Origin: Octopus bimaculoides
Lineage: Eukaryota
Assembly: GCF_001194135.2 (NCBI RefSeq)
Contig: NC_068987.1
Coordinates: 63,189,667-63,240,470 of the forward strand
Reading direction: 5' to 3'
DNA: 50,804 nucleotides
Shown here: piece after piece, positions 1 through 11,338 of the stretch
Numbering within the stretch: position 1 is the stretch's first letter
Layout of the letters: each line of letters opens with the position of its first letter
Notes under the pieces: model-generated
Seen by the model: only the letters and a program-made list of their open reading frames with translations
Databases searched by the model: none
What the model was told of the DNA's origin: nothing
Made by a program: the position numbers and the translations under genes

Positions 1-450
1 TACAAGATTTACGAAGTTTCCCATAAGATTTTGAATTTCTGTTGAATACAACATGGCAGATGATTAAAAAGGGCAGACACAAAAAAGAAAAAATAAGTAA
101 AGAACCACGTATAAGGCCACTGAATTGTAACGAAAGAACTATGGTCGAACAAAAACCTGAAAAACAAATAGTGAACATCAAATAAATAGTGCTTGTGTTT
201 TTATTGGCAAAACCATTAAATGACATAAATATTCATAACTAATTGCAATAAAATAATTTGTCCGATACTGTGCTGAATTAAAGAATATTCATAATTTTAT
301 AGCAAATTTTACAGCAAATTTTAAGGAATATACTTAATTTGACAACAATATAATTGAATATATAATTAACGAATAATTTGCTTCCAATTTGCTATCCAGA
401 AAGGAAGATTTCTCCTGTATAAAACTTTGGAAATATTCATTTAAAACAAG

Positions 451-604
451 ACGGCCAGCTGGCAGAAACGTAAGCACGGCGGGTAAAATGCTTAGCGGTA
501 TTTCGTCTGCCGTCACGCACTGGGGTCAATGTAACGACTTAATCCGTTTGTCTGTCCTTGTTTGTCCCCTCTCTGTTTAGCCCCTTGTGGTCAATAAAGA
601 AATA
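451..604 (+). mobile_element. tRNA-derived SINE family A (in-window label), internally deleted copy with an alternative tail
   Basis: Head GGCCAGCTGGCAGAAACGTAAGCACGGCGGGTAAAATGCTTAGCGGTATTTCG matches the other family A copies. It jumps directly to CACTGGGGTC, lacking the B-box/central part. Confidence 0.75.
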
Positions 605-708
605 AGAAACGTCAGCACGCCGGGCGAAATGCTTAGCGGTGTTTCGTCTGTCTTTATGTTCTGAGTTCAAATTCCGCTGAGGTCTATTTTGCCTTTCATC
701 CTTTCGGG
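605..708 (+). mobile_element. SINE family A, 5' half, cut by an N-gap
   Basis: AGAAACGTCAGCACGCCGGGCGAAATGCTTAGCGG...GAGTTCAAATTCC (B-box-like)...GCCTTTCATCCTTTCGGG. Confidence 0.85.
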
Positions 709-1221
709 NNNNNNNNNNNNNNNNNNNNNNNNNNNNNNNNNNNNNNNNNNNNNNNNNNNNNNNNNNNNNNNNNNNNNNNNNNNNNNNNNNNNNNNNNNNN
801 NNNNNNNNNNNNNNNNNNNNNNNNNNNNNNNNNNNNNNNNNNNNNNNNNNNNNNNNNNNNNNNNNNNNNNNNNNNNNNNNNNNNNNNNNNNNNNNNNNNN
901 NNNNNNNNNNNNNNNNNNNNNNNNNNNNNNNNNNNNNNNNNNNNNNNNNNNNNNNNNNNNNNNNNNNNNNNNNNNNNNNNNNNNNNNNNNNNNNNNNNNN
1001 NNNNNNNNNNNNNNNNNNNNNNNNNNNNNNNNNNNNNNNNNNNNNNNNNNNNNNNNNNNNNNNNNNNNNNNNNNNNNNNNNNNNNNNNNNNNNNNNNNNN
1101 NNNNNNNNNNNNNNNNNNNNNNNNNNNNNNNNNNNNNNNNNNNNNNNNNNNNNNNNNNNNNNNNNNNNNNNNNNNNNNNNNNNNNNNNNNNNNNNNNNNN
1201 NNNNNNNNNNNNNNNNNNNNN
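709..1221. other. Assembly gap (first of 13 N-runs: 709-1221, 6199-7005, 9027-9036, 10343-10352, 11850-12760, 15516-15813, 24860-24879, 30841-30850, 32512-32903, 35250-35259, 37023-37290, 42049-42617, 47332-47521)
   Basis: Runs of N in the sequence; most abut microsatellites or repeats. Confidence 0.99.
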
Positions 1222-1315
1222 CATAATTAACATTCTCTACATAATCTGCTCTAAAATTTAGAGTGAACTTCTCTTTCAGATTTATGATTTACTGACGATA
1301 TATATATACATACAT

Positions 1316-1365
<50 letters not shown>

Positions 1366-1394
1366 TATATATTTATATATGTGTGTATGCCTGT

Positions 1395-1580
1395 TTGTCT
1401 CTCGCCCCCACCAAAGCTTGACCAGTGTTGGTCTATTTACATTTTCATAACTTAGCAGTTCGGCCAAAGACCCAATAGAATAAGTTCCAGATTTTAAAAC
1501 AAAAGAATTGGTTCGATTAAAACCCTCTAAGGCGGTGGTGCAGCAAGGCCGCAGTCCAATGGTTGAAAAGAGATAAAAAA
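1395..1580 (+). mobile_element. SINE tail module E (degenerate), following a CA/TA microsatellite
   Basis: TAACTTAGCAGTTCGGCCAAAGACCCAATAGAATAAG...GCAGCAAGGCCGCAGTCCAATGG resembles 7525-7725, 21990-22180 and the reverse complement of 10940-11110. Confidence 0.7.
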
Positions 1581-1689
1581 TAATAGTTATGTTTAAATTG
1601 ATATTTCATGAAGAGAAACAACTCTGATAACAAAAGTTTGAGTTATCTCCCTTAGATAATAATTTCTAAATTACTACATGACATGAACG

Positions 1690-1800
1690 CGCAAACAAGG
1701 GAGCTTGCATGTAGCTATTTGATCTGCTAGAAATAGCAGCCACATTACCCAGAAATCGCACTTCAGTGTCTTAAAGGTATGATATCTAAGACCAGATTAA
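1690..1800 (-). repeat. Old interspersed repeat family F (other copies at about 21390-21590 +, 31335-31600 +, 46950-47100 +)
   Basis: All share a degenerate motif of the form GAT(T/G)TGG(C/T)TGC(T/G)ATTTCTAGCAG(G/A)TC. Alignment by eye only. Confidence 0.4.
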
Positions 1801-1811
1801 ACAACAAGCGC

Positions 1812-1900
1812 AGTCATGGGTGTTTGGTTAAGAAGTTCGTTTTGTAACCACGTGGTTTCAGGTTCAGTCCCACTACATGATACCTTGGGCCAGTGTATGC
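1812..1900 (+). mobile_element. SINE family D head, partial
   Basis: GTGTTTGGTTAAGAAGTTCG...AACCACGTGGTTTCAGGTTCAGTCCCACTACATGATACCTTGGGCCAGTG matches the D copies at 21717 and 32932. Confidence 0.7.
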
Positions 1901-2149
1901 CATACATTTTTTTTTTACCTTACGACACACTAGACGAGGAGAATTTATTTTGCGGCACACCAAATAAAAATCCTAACAAAATTGAATATACTTTATTAGT
2001 ATGAATAAAAATAGATAAATTCTTATAGTAACAATAAAATAATTGTTTTATGAAAATATAATATAGGTAATATAATAAAATAATAATGTTTTTAGTGAGA
2101 AAGATGCAATTGATTGTGAGAAAGAATTTTGTCAAAATACGGCTCTGAA

Positions 2150-2536
2150 TTGTTGTTGGCATTCCGTCGCTTACGACGTCGAGGGTTCCAGTTGATCCGA
2201 TCAACGGAACAGCCTGCTCGTGAAATTAACGTGCAAGTGGCTGAGCACTCCACAGACACGTGTACCCTTAACGAAGTTCTCGGGGATATTCGGCGTGACA
2301 CAGTGTGACAAGGCTGACCCTTTGAATTACAGGCACAGCAGAAACAGGAAATAAGAGTGAAAGAAAGTTGTGGTGAAAGAGTACAGCAGGGTTCGTCACC
2401 ATCCCCTGCCGGTGTCTCGTAGAGCTTTAGGTGTTTTCACTCAATAAACACTCACAACGCCCGGTCTGGGAATCGAAACCACGATCTCATGACCGCGAGT
2501 CCACTGCCCTAACCACTGGGCCATTGCGCCTCCACT
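2150..2536 (-). mobile_element. tRNA-derived SINE, head B + tail X, full length
   Basis: Minus strand starts GTGGAGGCGCAATGGCCCAGTGGTTAGGGC (A-box TGGCCCAGTGG), has GTTTCGATTCC (B-box) and ends in an (AAC)n-like tail. The first ~190 nt are shared with 23595-23900. Confidence 0.85.
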
Positions 2537-2639
2537 GGCTAAACAAATACGTAGCTCCCCATCTACCATCTGTAATCGTTCCCATTTTAAAAAAAAATCA
2601 TTTCCATAAGCGAAAAGATACCTAATTTGCAAAGATACG

Positions 2640-3035
2640 ATGATCTCAAGTTAAAATTGTACATTGCATGATTCACCACGAAGTTTTGGTGTCAAAATCT
2701 CTACTTGATGGTCTCCTGAAGATGATGGACAACGTTGTTAAAGTGGTGAATTACATAAAATTGCATTTCCTCCAGTGCAGACTTTTTGCATCTCTATGTG
2801 AAACTATGAATTCTGGTTTTAAGTCTTTACTGCTTCATACAGACGTGTGATGGCTCTCGAAAGAAAAAGTGCTCCCGATTTATCGCTTTGCGAACTAAAA
2901 TAATATATTTCTTCGATGCTGAAAATTCTGGATTTGAATTTCTTAACGATGATAATTGGTGGCTGGAAGTAGCATTTCTCAACGATCTTTTTGAGAAGTT
3001 GAACGTTTTAAATTTGAGTCTGCAAGGAGCGAACG
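2640..3035 (+). mobile_element. hAT (Charlie/Buster, ZBED5/GTF2IRD2-like) transposase fossil
   Basis: Translation HCMIHHEVLVSK...VVKVVNYIK...RLFASLCE...LLLHTDV*WLSK (H.EVRWLS motif) ...WLEVAFLNDLFEKLNVLNLSLQG, with stops and frameshifts. Confidence 0.85.
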
Positions 3036-3084
3036 GCATCAGAATGTGGTTTTTTTCCTTTTTTGTCAAAAGCTGGATAATCTT

Positions 3085-3840
3085 GTAACTAGCGATTTGA
3101 GCTTTCTCGAGAATTGAGATGCAATTGATGATTAAGACTATGAACATAGGGTATATGTTTTTCAAGTCGATTCTGAATCTTTCTTTGAACGCCACCTATT
3201 TTACCAGACATCACAGGAGCACCATCATAGCATTGTGACAACATACGCTTTCCGTCAATGCCAAGGTTGATTGATTTCTTAATTAACAAGTCACCAATGT
3301 TTCAGCATCATAATATTGAACAGTTGGCATTGCAACTAAGTTTTCCTGAAAACCTGCCGTTTTTCAAGTACGTAATAGCAATCGCAATATTTTCAGTATT
3401 ACCCAAATCACGCGTTCCGTCACATTTCAGCGGAAAGTAAGGAACATCGGAACATTTTATTTCACCGACAATAAGGCTGATTTCGTTTTGCATTGCTGCT
3501 GAGATATAGGTCGCATTTTTTGGAATCGTACTGTAACATTCCATTAGCTTTGAGTCTTTCTTAATGTGTACTGGAATAATTTCATAAAAAGACTACAAGG
3601 CTTCGTCTCACCTTCCGAATAAAGATCCTGAAAAGCTTCATTTTCATTTCCTCGAAAAGGTAATTCTTTTGCGCAAAGAAAATGCGCAATATCAACAATT
3701 GAATTGATATAGTAACGGTTTTTGCTCAATTGATCATTTTGCAAAATTGAAGACATAGATGTTGTTGTGGATAAACGCTGTTGGCGTTCCCTCCATCTTA
3801 CCATAGCTTGGATACGGGCTACAGAGTTTGCATGCTTATT
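3085..3840 (-). mobile_element. Second, unrelated hAT transposase fossil (ZMYM1/THAP12-like, DUF4371-type)
   Basis: Fragments KNRYYINSIVDIAHFLCAKELPFRG, KNATYISAAMQNEI, CDGTRDLGNTE and SQCYDGAPVMSGKIGGVQ...PYVHSLNHQLHL in three frames. Confidence 0.85.
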
Positions 3841-5360
3841 TAAACCTTTTTTTTCTTTTTCTTTTGCGTGATGCCAGTTAGCATGTCCATCTTTAATAAA
3901 GCAAATATCCGCTTGAGCAGAAGTGCCGACATGGAAAACAAAATATGGCTTTCTTTAAATGAGAATATTCCCACCATGGACGCCGGTACGACTGGCTTGA
4001 TGAGAAGTCACGTTTCTGATTTCCATAAATTTTTGGATCAAACATTGCTAGAATTGGCCGCACTGGTTGGCAGTCGACTTCCTTGAGCTGCGAAACTTCT
4101 TCGTTTGCAATTTTCTTCTGTGTAGCATTGGATAAATCAGATTAGAAATTCAGCAATGATTGCTTCAGTTCTCTTTTTCGGCAGCGATTCATTATTGTAC
4201 CAACACTACGTAGTACACTGACCTAAAGGTATATTTCGTTGAGTGATCTTACACTAATGTCGATTGAATGAAAACAATTTAACCAACTCTTTATACTTAT
4301 TGATATATATGTAACGACAGGGCGAGTCGCGTGTGGCATAAGAAACTAAGTTTTATAAATTTATAAATTTTAGGGTCGGTACTCTGGTTCCATATCCGAG
4401 TCCGTCTCCAGACTTTGATGCTTAGGGTGGCTTCAAAACAATCTGCATGGGTTCTGAAATTCGCAATAATTCTAAGGCAGAATATCGTAGTAAGCGTAAC
4501 AATTTCTTAAAATTTATGTACTTTTGAATTAAACTCGAAGAGATTTCAGTTCAAGCAAACCTTTTCAACAATTTCTTCAAAGTAATGCCTCTTTGATTAA
4601 ACACAAAAAGATTTCAGTATAGAATTTCGGGAAATATGCTCAAAGAGAAATCAAAAATTATTCCTTGAACCTTCTCAGCTGAAAAAAACCTTTCTGGATG
4701 TATATTTGGGTAAAATTCGAATTACCAAGGATGGAAATTTGTTTTTTACCTTTTCTCTGAATTCATAAACTCAATAATTCCTGACTGGTGGGAATAAAAT
4801 GGCATCTCTGTTCATATATAAACGTGTGTGTGTGTGTGTATGTGTGCGTTACCAATACCATATACATCTCTCTCTCTTTCTGTCTGTCTGTCTATCTGTA
4901 TGTATGTTTGTGTATTTATGCATACACATAAACATGTGTACTTAGAAGATTTTTGTCGCCAGGGATAAAGGAGTTAATGCTTTTAGACACACTCGCATAC
5001 ATAAATCTGTCTCCAGTTTATTTCTCCATAGGGAAAAATGGCATTACTCTCAGCACTGACCAGTTCCATAGTATACGCACGAGCGCGCAGGCGCGTACAC
5101 GCGCGTTTGTAATTACCCACATGTATACATGCATACATATATTCATGCATGCATACACACACACACGCATACATACATACATACATACACGCACACGCAT
5201 ACATACATACCTGCATACATACGTCTATGCATCATATTTAATGCATATACACCAGGGATGTGTGGGCGCTAAGATAAAATCTGTCTTCACTGATATAGGA
5301 AAAATCACTGATGTTGCAATTAGACGGCCTGCTGAATAAAGATTTGTTATGTGCAACAGA

Positions 5361-5394
<34 letters not shown>

Positions 5395-5570
5395 CACACA
5401 TGCGCACACGCACGCACATAAACAAAGACATACATACACGTAAATACATACACGTTCATGTACTTTAGTATTCATACTCACACACAGAAGCAAACACGCA
5501 CATACACACACACACATACACACATACACACATACACACATACACACATACACAGACACACTTGACACAC
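5361..5570. repeat. Compound (CA)n/(CATA)n microsatellite, representative of many RY-alternating tracts (e.g. 1297-1385, 13465-13515, 14115-14255, 15814-16050, 16558-16630, 16700-17000, 20420-21050, 27688-27840, 33600-33910, 33985-34360, 47522-47610, 48050-48175)
   Basis: Direct inspection of dinucleotide and tetranucleotide repeats. Confidence 0.95.
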
Positions 5571-5816
5571 CCTTCCTTTAATTACATAGTTATTACACGA
5601 TTATGTATTTATATAATTAATATATAATTACATACTTGATTAAATACATAATTAAATATTTACATAATTAAATATTTAAATGTAATAACATGATTAGCTA
5701 ATTAACACATAATGATAAGATTTCATAATTATCATATTAATTACATATTTACATAATTGATATATAGTTACATTAATACATTATTAATTCTTAATTACAA
5801 TATATACAAGGAAGTA

Positions 5817-6025
5817 GGTTGGCGAGCTGGCGGAATCGTTAGCGCACCGGTAAAATGCTTATCGGCATTTCGTCCGTCTTTATGTTCAAATTCCGCCGAA
5901 GTCGACTTTGCATTTCATCCTTTCAGGGTCGATAAAATAAGTACCAGTTGATCAATGGGGTCGATGTAACCGACTTACTCCCTCCCCGAACTTGCTGGCT
6001 TTGTGCCAAAATTAGAAATCAACAT
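5817..6025 (+). mobile_element. SINE family A, near full length
   Basis: GGCGAGCTGGCGGAATCGTTAGC...GTTCAAATTCCGCCGAAGTCGACTTTGC...GGGTCGATAAAATAAGTACCAG...GCTTTGTGCCAAAATTAGAAA. Confidence 0.9.
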
Positions 6026-7005
6026 TTACAAAGAAGTATTCTTAGCCTTGCTCTGAAAGACTTCTGGTGTTATAAAACCATTACAAAGTGTATCTCAGCT
6101 GTCGAGGAAGCCTCCACTTCGTCGCTCGACCGGCTTGATAATGTAACTAAATCTCCCTCATATTATTGTTTTAATGGTTAGGAAAAAATCGTAGATTTNN
6201 NNNNNNNNNNNNNNNNNNNNNNNNNNNNNNNNNNNNNNNNNNNNNNNNNNNNNNNNNNNNNNNNNNNNNNNNNNNNNNNNNNNNNNNNNNNNNNNNNNNN
6301 NNNNNNNNNNNNNNNNNNNNNNNNNNNNNNNNNNNNNNNNNNNNNNNNNNNNNNNNNNNNNNNNNNNNNNNNNNNNNNNNNNNNNNNNNNNNNNNNNNNN
6401 NNNNNNNNNNNNNNNNNNNNNNNNNNNNNNNNNNNNNNNNNNNNNNNNNNNNNNNNNNNNNNNNNNNNNNNNNNNNNNNNNNNNNNNNNNNNNNNNNNNN
6501 NNNNNNNNNNNNNNNNNNNNNNNNNNNNNNNNNNNNNNNNNNNNNNNNNNNNNNNNNNNNNNNNNNNNNNNNNNNNNNNNNNNNNNNNNNNNNNNNNNNN
6601 NNNNNNNNNNNNNNNNNNNNNNNNNNNNNNNNNNNNNNNNNNNNNNNNNNNNNNNNNNNNNNNNNNNNNNNNNNNNNNNNNNNNNNNNNNNNNNNNNNNN
6701 NNNNNNNNNNNNNNNNNNNNNNNNNNNNNNNNNNNNNNNNNNNNNNNNNNNNNNNNNNNNNNNNNNNNNNNNNNNNNNNNNNNNNNNNNNNNNNNNNNNN
6801 NNNNNNNNNNNNNNNNNNNNNNNNNNNNNNNNNNNNNNNNNNNNNNNNNNNNNNNNNNNNNNNNNNNNNNNNNNNNNNNNNNNNNNNNNNNNNNNNNNNN
6901 NNNNNNNNNNNNNNNNNNNNNNNNNNNNNNNNNNNNNNNNNNNNNNNNNNNNNNNNNNNNNNNNNNNNNNNNNNNNNNNNNNNNNNNNNNNNNNNNNNNN
7001 NNNNN

Positions 7006-7036
<31 letters not shown>

Positions 7037-7524
7037 TACTGTTAATACAATTCGGTGTGCATTCCGTTACTTAATAAAAACGACATAACGTGCACTGAGG
7101 GTTCAATCGGACGACACACAGAAGGTTCCTAATTCTTCATCAGTCATCAACCAATTGGTAATGTTCAGTTTCGCACCATTAATGATAAAACTGAGAACTT
7201 CCCATATTGGCGGTGCCCGCAAAAATTTATATGTATTCATGTATGAATTTAGGTAAGATTACGTCAAATGATGTAAGGTATTCAGGTTGACTACGAAGAT
7301 GGCTATGGGCAGTATTTCAATTGAGTAGGTGTGTATATTAAATAATAAAAGTATAAACAGGCAAACAACTGGTGTCAGGTCAAATTATGATAGTTATATA
7401 TTTAAACACAAGGGTAGAATTGTTACAGGAGTAGAGATCACGAGGGGTCGATAAAGATCACGTGAGGAAAGTACAAATTGGTTGTGTGCATGCTAGTATT
7501 CTGCTGGAACAGTTACACTGTAAG

Positions 7525-7725
7525 TTCACCGCTTGACAACTAGTGTTGGTTTGTTTACGTTCCTGTAACTAGCGGTTCTGTAAAAGAGACTGATAGAATA
7601 AAGTATCAGACTTACAAAATAAGTACTGGGGGGTGCTTTGTACGGCAAAACCCTTCAAGGCAGTGTCCCAGCATGGCCGCAGTCAAATGACTGAAACAAG
7701 TAAAAGATAAACGAAAAGATAGCAT
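7525..7725 (+). mobile_element. SINE tail module E
   Basis: GTTGGTTTGTTTACGTTCCTGTAACTAGCGGTTCTG...CCCAGCATGGCCGCAGTCAAATGACTGAAACAAGTAAAAGATAA. Confidence 0.8.
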
Positions 7726-8086
7726 AAACGTAGATATGCAATGGAAGACGAACGGGGTGGACACGACTGAAATGTCTTTAATCAAATGATGAAATACAGT
7801 AAGGGAGCCATTCTACGTGGTCATCCTGTCTGCCAGACATACCAGTCAAATCTTCCTCATACAACACCCTAATGTCTTTTTCATAGAAAAAAAACCCCCC
7901 CACAAGACATTGGATCCTGTAGTCAAGTGAGGGATAGAAAGGGGTGCAATGTAACTGAAAAATATCAGGATAGAACATTTGATCAAAGATCAGCATAATT
8001 AGATCTGATCTTGGGGTAAATAGCAGCACCAGCAATTGCAATAGCCGTAAAATGTTGGTCTAACAGCAGAAAGGCTGCTCTAGGAT

Positions 8087-8274
8087 TCTCTAATATTGAC
8101 TCAGCAGTCTCTAATGCTTACCTGCCAGTCTCTAACGTTGAACTAGCAGTATCTCATGCAACCCAGCAATCTCTAATGTCAGCATAACAATCTCTAATGT
8201 TGACCTAGCAGACTATAAAGTTGACTCAACAGGCTCTAATGTTATCTTAACAATCTATAATGTTGACCTAGCAA
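8087..8274. repeat. Degenerate 21-bp minisatellite, about 9 units (consensus TCTCTAATGTTGACCTAGCAG)
   Basis: Units such as TCTCTAATATTGACTCAGCAG, TCTCTAACGTTGAACTAGCAG, TCTCTAATGTTGACCTAGCAG and TCTATAATGTTGACCTAGCAA are in register. Confidence 0.85.
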
Positions 8275-8281
8275 ATAAAAG

Positions 8282-8457
<176 letters not shown>

Positions 8458-8466
8458 AAACAATAT

Positions 8467-8690
8467 AAGGCGGCTAGCTGGCAGATCTGTTAGCACGCCG
8501 GATAAAATGCATAGCGGCATTTTGTCCTTTGCGTTCTGAGCTCCAAATTCCGCCGTGGTGAACTTTGCCTTTTATCCTTTGGAGGTCGATAAAATAAGTA
8601 ACAGTCAAGTGCTGAGATCGATGTAATCTACTTCCATCTCCCTACAAAAACTACTGGCCCTGAGTCAAAATTTGAAATCATTATTATGAA
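8467..8690 (+). mobile_element. SINE family A, full length, diverged
   Basis: AAGGCGGCTAGCTGGCAG...GGAGGTCGATAAAATAAG...AAAATTTGAAATCATTATTATG. Confidence 0.85.
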
Positions 8691-8697
8691 ACAACAT

Positions 8698-9298
8698 AAG
8701 GCGGTGAGCTGGCAGAACCATTAGCATGAAAGAGAAAATACTTAGCACTTTTCGTACATCATTGCGATATGAGTTGAAATACCGACGAGGTTGTGACTTT
8801 GCCTTCCCGCCTTTCGGGGTCGATGAAATAAGTTTTGCAGTGTAATCAACTTTTTAAAATTTAATAGGTTAATCCAGATCGTATTAATTGGCTAGGTTTT
8901 ATATTCATTTGGTATCATTTTTCAGTTGATGTTTGTCTTGTAAATCTTGATGTTGTGTCCTTCAGTGATATGGGAACTGTTGAATAAGTACTTCTTTTTA
9001 AAAATACGAATTCAAATTAGGAAATANNNNNNNNNNCAGATAGCTCTGTTAACCTGCAAATGGGGAAGCTATGACTTTCGTAATTGAGCCGAGAGTTTTT
9101 AGTTGTAAGCCAAATGGTGAAGTGATGAATTTCATTGAAGTGATGAATTTCATTGAAGTGATGAATTTCATAATTGAGGCGAGAGTCTTCAGTGTAAACC
9201 ACCAAAGAGCCACGAGGGAAACGACGAGGAAGTTACAAGGGAAACTACAGATTTTCCCAAAAATTTCAAGCCTTGTGCCATAGTAAAAAGGATTATTA
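8698..9298 (+). mobile_element. SINE family A split in two (8698-8854 and 9252-9298) by a ~397-bp insert
   Basis: The 5' part ends ...GTGTAATCAACTTTT. The missing 3' tail TTTTCCCAAAAATTTCAAGCCTTGTGCCATAGTAAAAAGGATTATTAT appears at 9252. Confidence 0.7.
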
Positions 9299-10342
9299 TC
9301 AAACAACATCTATTTTTCATTCTAGGTAACGATATGGTACAAAGAAGAAGATAATTTTAACTATAGGTTAGCATCAGTGAATACGTTTGTAGATATTTAG
9401 ATGCTGCTATTTATAAAATTTAGTCAACTCATATGGAACTCGTTTATCATATTTCTTCAATTTCCCGATAGAATATAAATTAAAGGAAACTCATAGGAGA
9501 TAAGACCAAATCTGCTTCATGTTGCTTCTTTTCACTAGTTCCCTTAATATATATTAGTGATAGAGGCATTATTAATACCGAGAGGTAATATTTATCCCTA
9601 TTTGAACGAGGATGTTCTATTAGAACAAACTATACTGTGGTAGTTACCACGAGAGAAACTCTCACATTGGCTTTCTGGTGCAAATGGCACTCTTGTTTAT
9701 ATCGCTACCTCCAGTGCCAGGACTACTAGATCACGTGATTTCGACCTTGTTTGGTCTTGTCAATGAAGGACACTCGACCGTTAGAAGCATCAGTGATTCA
9801 TCTCCCCGCTAATTATGAGAGTTTCTTTCATGATAACTACCACAGTATAGTTTGCTCTAATAGAACATCTACGTTTACGTGGGGATAAATATTACCTCTT
9901 AGTTCTCTTAATAGCTTTTCTTTTAAAGCAGTCTGTAGATTCCCTTGTAACTCCCTCGTGGTTTCCCTCGTGGCTCTTTGGTGGTTTACACTGAAGACTC
10001 TCGCCTCAATTATGAAATTCATCACTTCAATGAAATTCATCACTTCACCATTTGGCTTACAACTGAAAACTCTCGGCTCAATTACGAAAGTCATCGCTTC
10101 ACCATTTGCAGGTTAACAGAGCTCTCTGCAAATATTAAACTGTTATTTTATTCGCTTCACTTGTATTATTTCCTAATTTGAATTCGAATTTTTAAAAAAG
10201 AAGTGCTTATTCAACAGTCCCCATATCACTGAAGGACATAACATCAAGATTTACAAGACAAACATCAACTGAAAAATGATACCAAATGAATATAAAACCT
10301 AGCCAATTAATACGAACTGGATTAACCTATTAAATTAAAAAT
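8855..10342. mobile_element. Fold-back/long inverted-repeat element: outer arms 8855-9251 vs 9932-10342, inner arms 9581-9664 vs 9816-9899, 151-bp loop
   Basis: Arms are clear reverse complements, e.g. TTAATAGGTTAATCCAG vs CTGGATTAACCTATTAA and AGAGGTAATATTTATCCC vs GGGATAAATATTACCTCT. Family unidentified. Confidence 0.75.
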
Positions 10343-10939
10343 NNNNNNNNNNATCACTTCACCATTTGGCTTACAACTGAAAACTCTCGGCTCAATTACG
10401 AAAGTCATCGCTTCACCATTTGCAGGTTAACAGAGCTCTCTGCAAATATTAAACTGTTATTTTATTCGCTTCACTTGTATTATTTCCTAATTTGAATTCG
10501 AATTTTTAAAAAAGAAGTGCTTATTCAACAGTCCCCATATCACTGAAGGACATAACATCAAGATTTACAAGACAAACATCAACTGAAAAATGATACCAAA
10601 TGAATATAAAACCTAGCCAATTAATACGAACTGGATTAACCTATTAAATTAAAAATGGTTCGTATCGGGAAACGAATTTTCACGTGATACAGCCTAGCAA
10701 TAGCGCGCGCACACAGACATACATACACACGAACACGCGCGCGCGTACACAGACACACACAGACACACACAGACAGACACACATGTATGTGCGTGCCTCT
10801 GTGTGTGTGTATGTGTTCTAAAAAAGCGTGCATACGTAAAAACGCATATTCACTCAGATGTATACGTATGTACAGATATATGAATGCGCGCGCGTGTGTG
10901 TGTATGTGCGCGTGTGTGTTTATGACTACATATATATTT

Positions 10940-11330
10940 TATATTTTAATTGTTTCAGCCATTAGACTGCGGCCATGCTGGGGCACCGCCGTGATGAAAT
11001 TTTAGTCGAACGAATTCACCCCAGTACTTTTTAAAGCGTGATAATTATTCTATCAGTTTCTTTTTACCGAGCCGCTAAGTTACAGGGACGTGAACAAGCC
11101 AATACCGGTTGTGAGGGACAAACACAGACACAAAGACACACACGCATGCACACACACACACATATGTATACTACGGGCTTCTTTCAGTTTTCGTCTACCC
11201 ATTCCACTCACAAGACTTTGGTAGGTCCGAGACTATAGCAGAAGACACTTGCCAAGGTGCCAGGCAGTGGGACTAATCCGGGACCATTTGATTGGAAAGC
11301 AAGCTTTTTACTACAGAGCCACACCTGTGC
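10940..11330 (-). mobile_element. Composite SINE: head D + internal CA/GT microsatellite + tail E
   Basis: Minus strand: D head (...CACCTTGGCAAGTGTCTTCTGC...GAAAACTGAAAGAAGCCCGT), then (GT)n, then the E module (...CCCCAGCATGGCCGCAGTC...). Confidence 0.85.
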
Positions 11331-11338
11331 CTATATAT

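Noticed and set aside
2440-2536. tRNA-like sequences with A and B boxes (also 23595, 25845, 41250-41345 and all family A heads)
   Set aside because: They continue into shared SINE bodies and lack a complete cloverleaf; these are SINE heads, not tRNA genes.
7085-7150. Hammerhead-like CUGAUGA motif on the minus strand
   Set aside because: The GAAA half of the core is missing, so it is not called as a ribozyme; kept only as supporting context.
9110-9175. 18-bp direct repeats (GAAGTGATGAATTTCATT x3) superficially like a CRISPR array
   Set aside because: Head-to-tail with no spacers, inside a eukaryotic repeat, and no cas genes.
10039-10656. Exact 304-bp tandem duplication (10039-10342 = 10353-10656)
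   Set aside because: The copies are identical and separated by a 10-N gap: the signature of unmerged overlapping contig ends, not biology.
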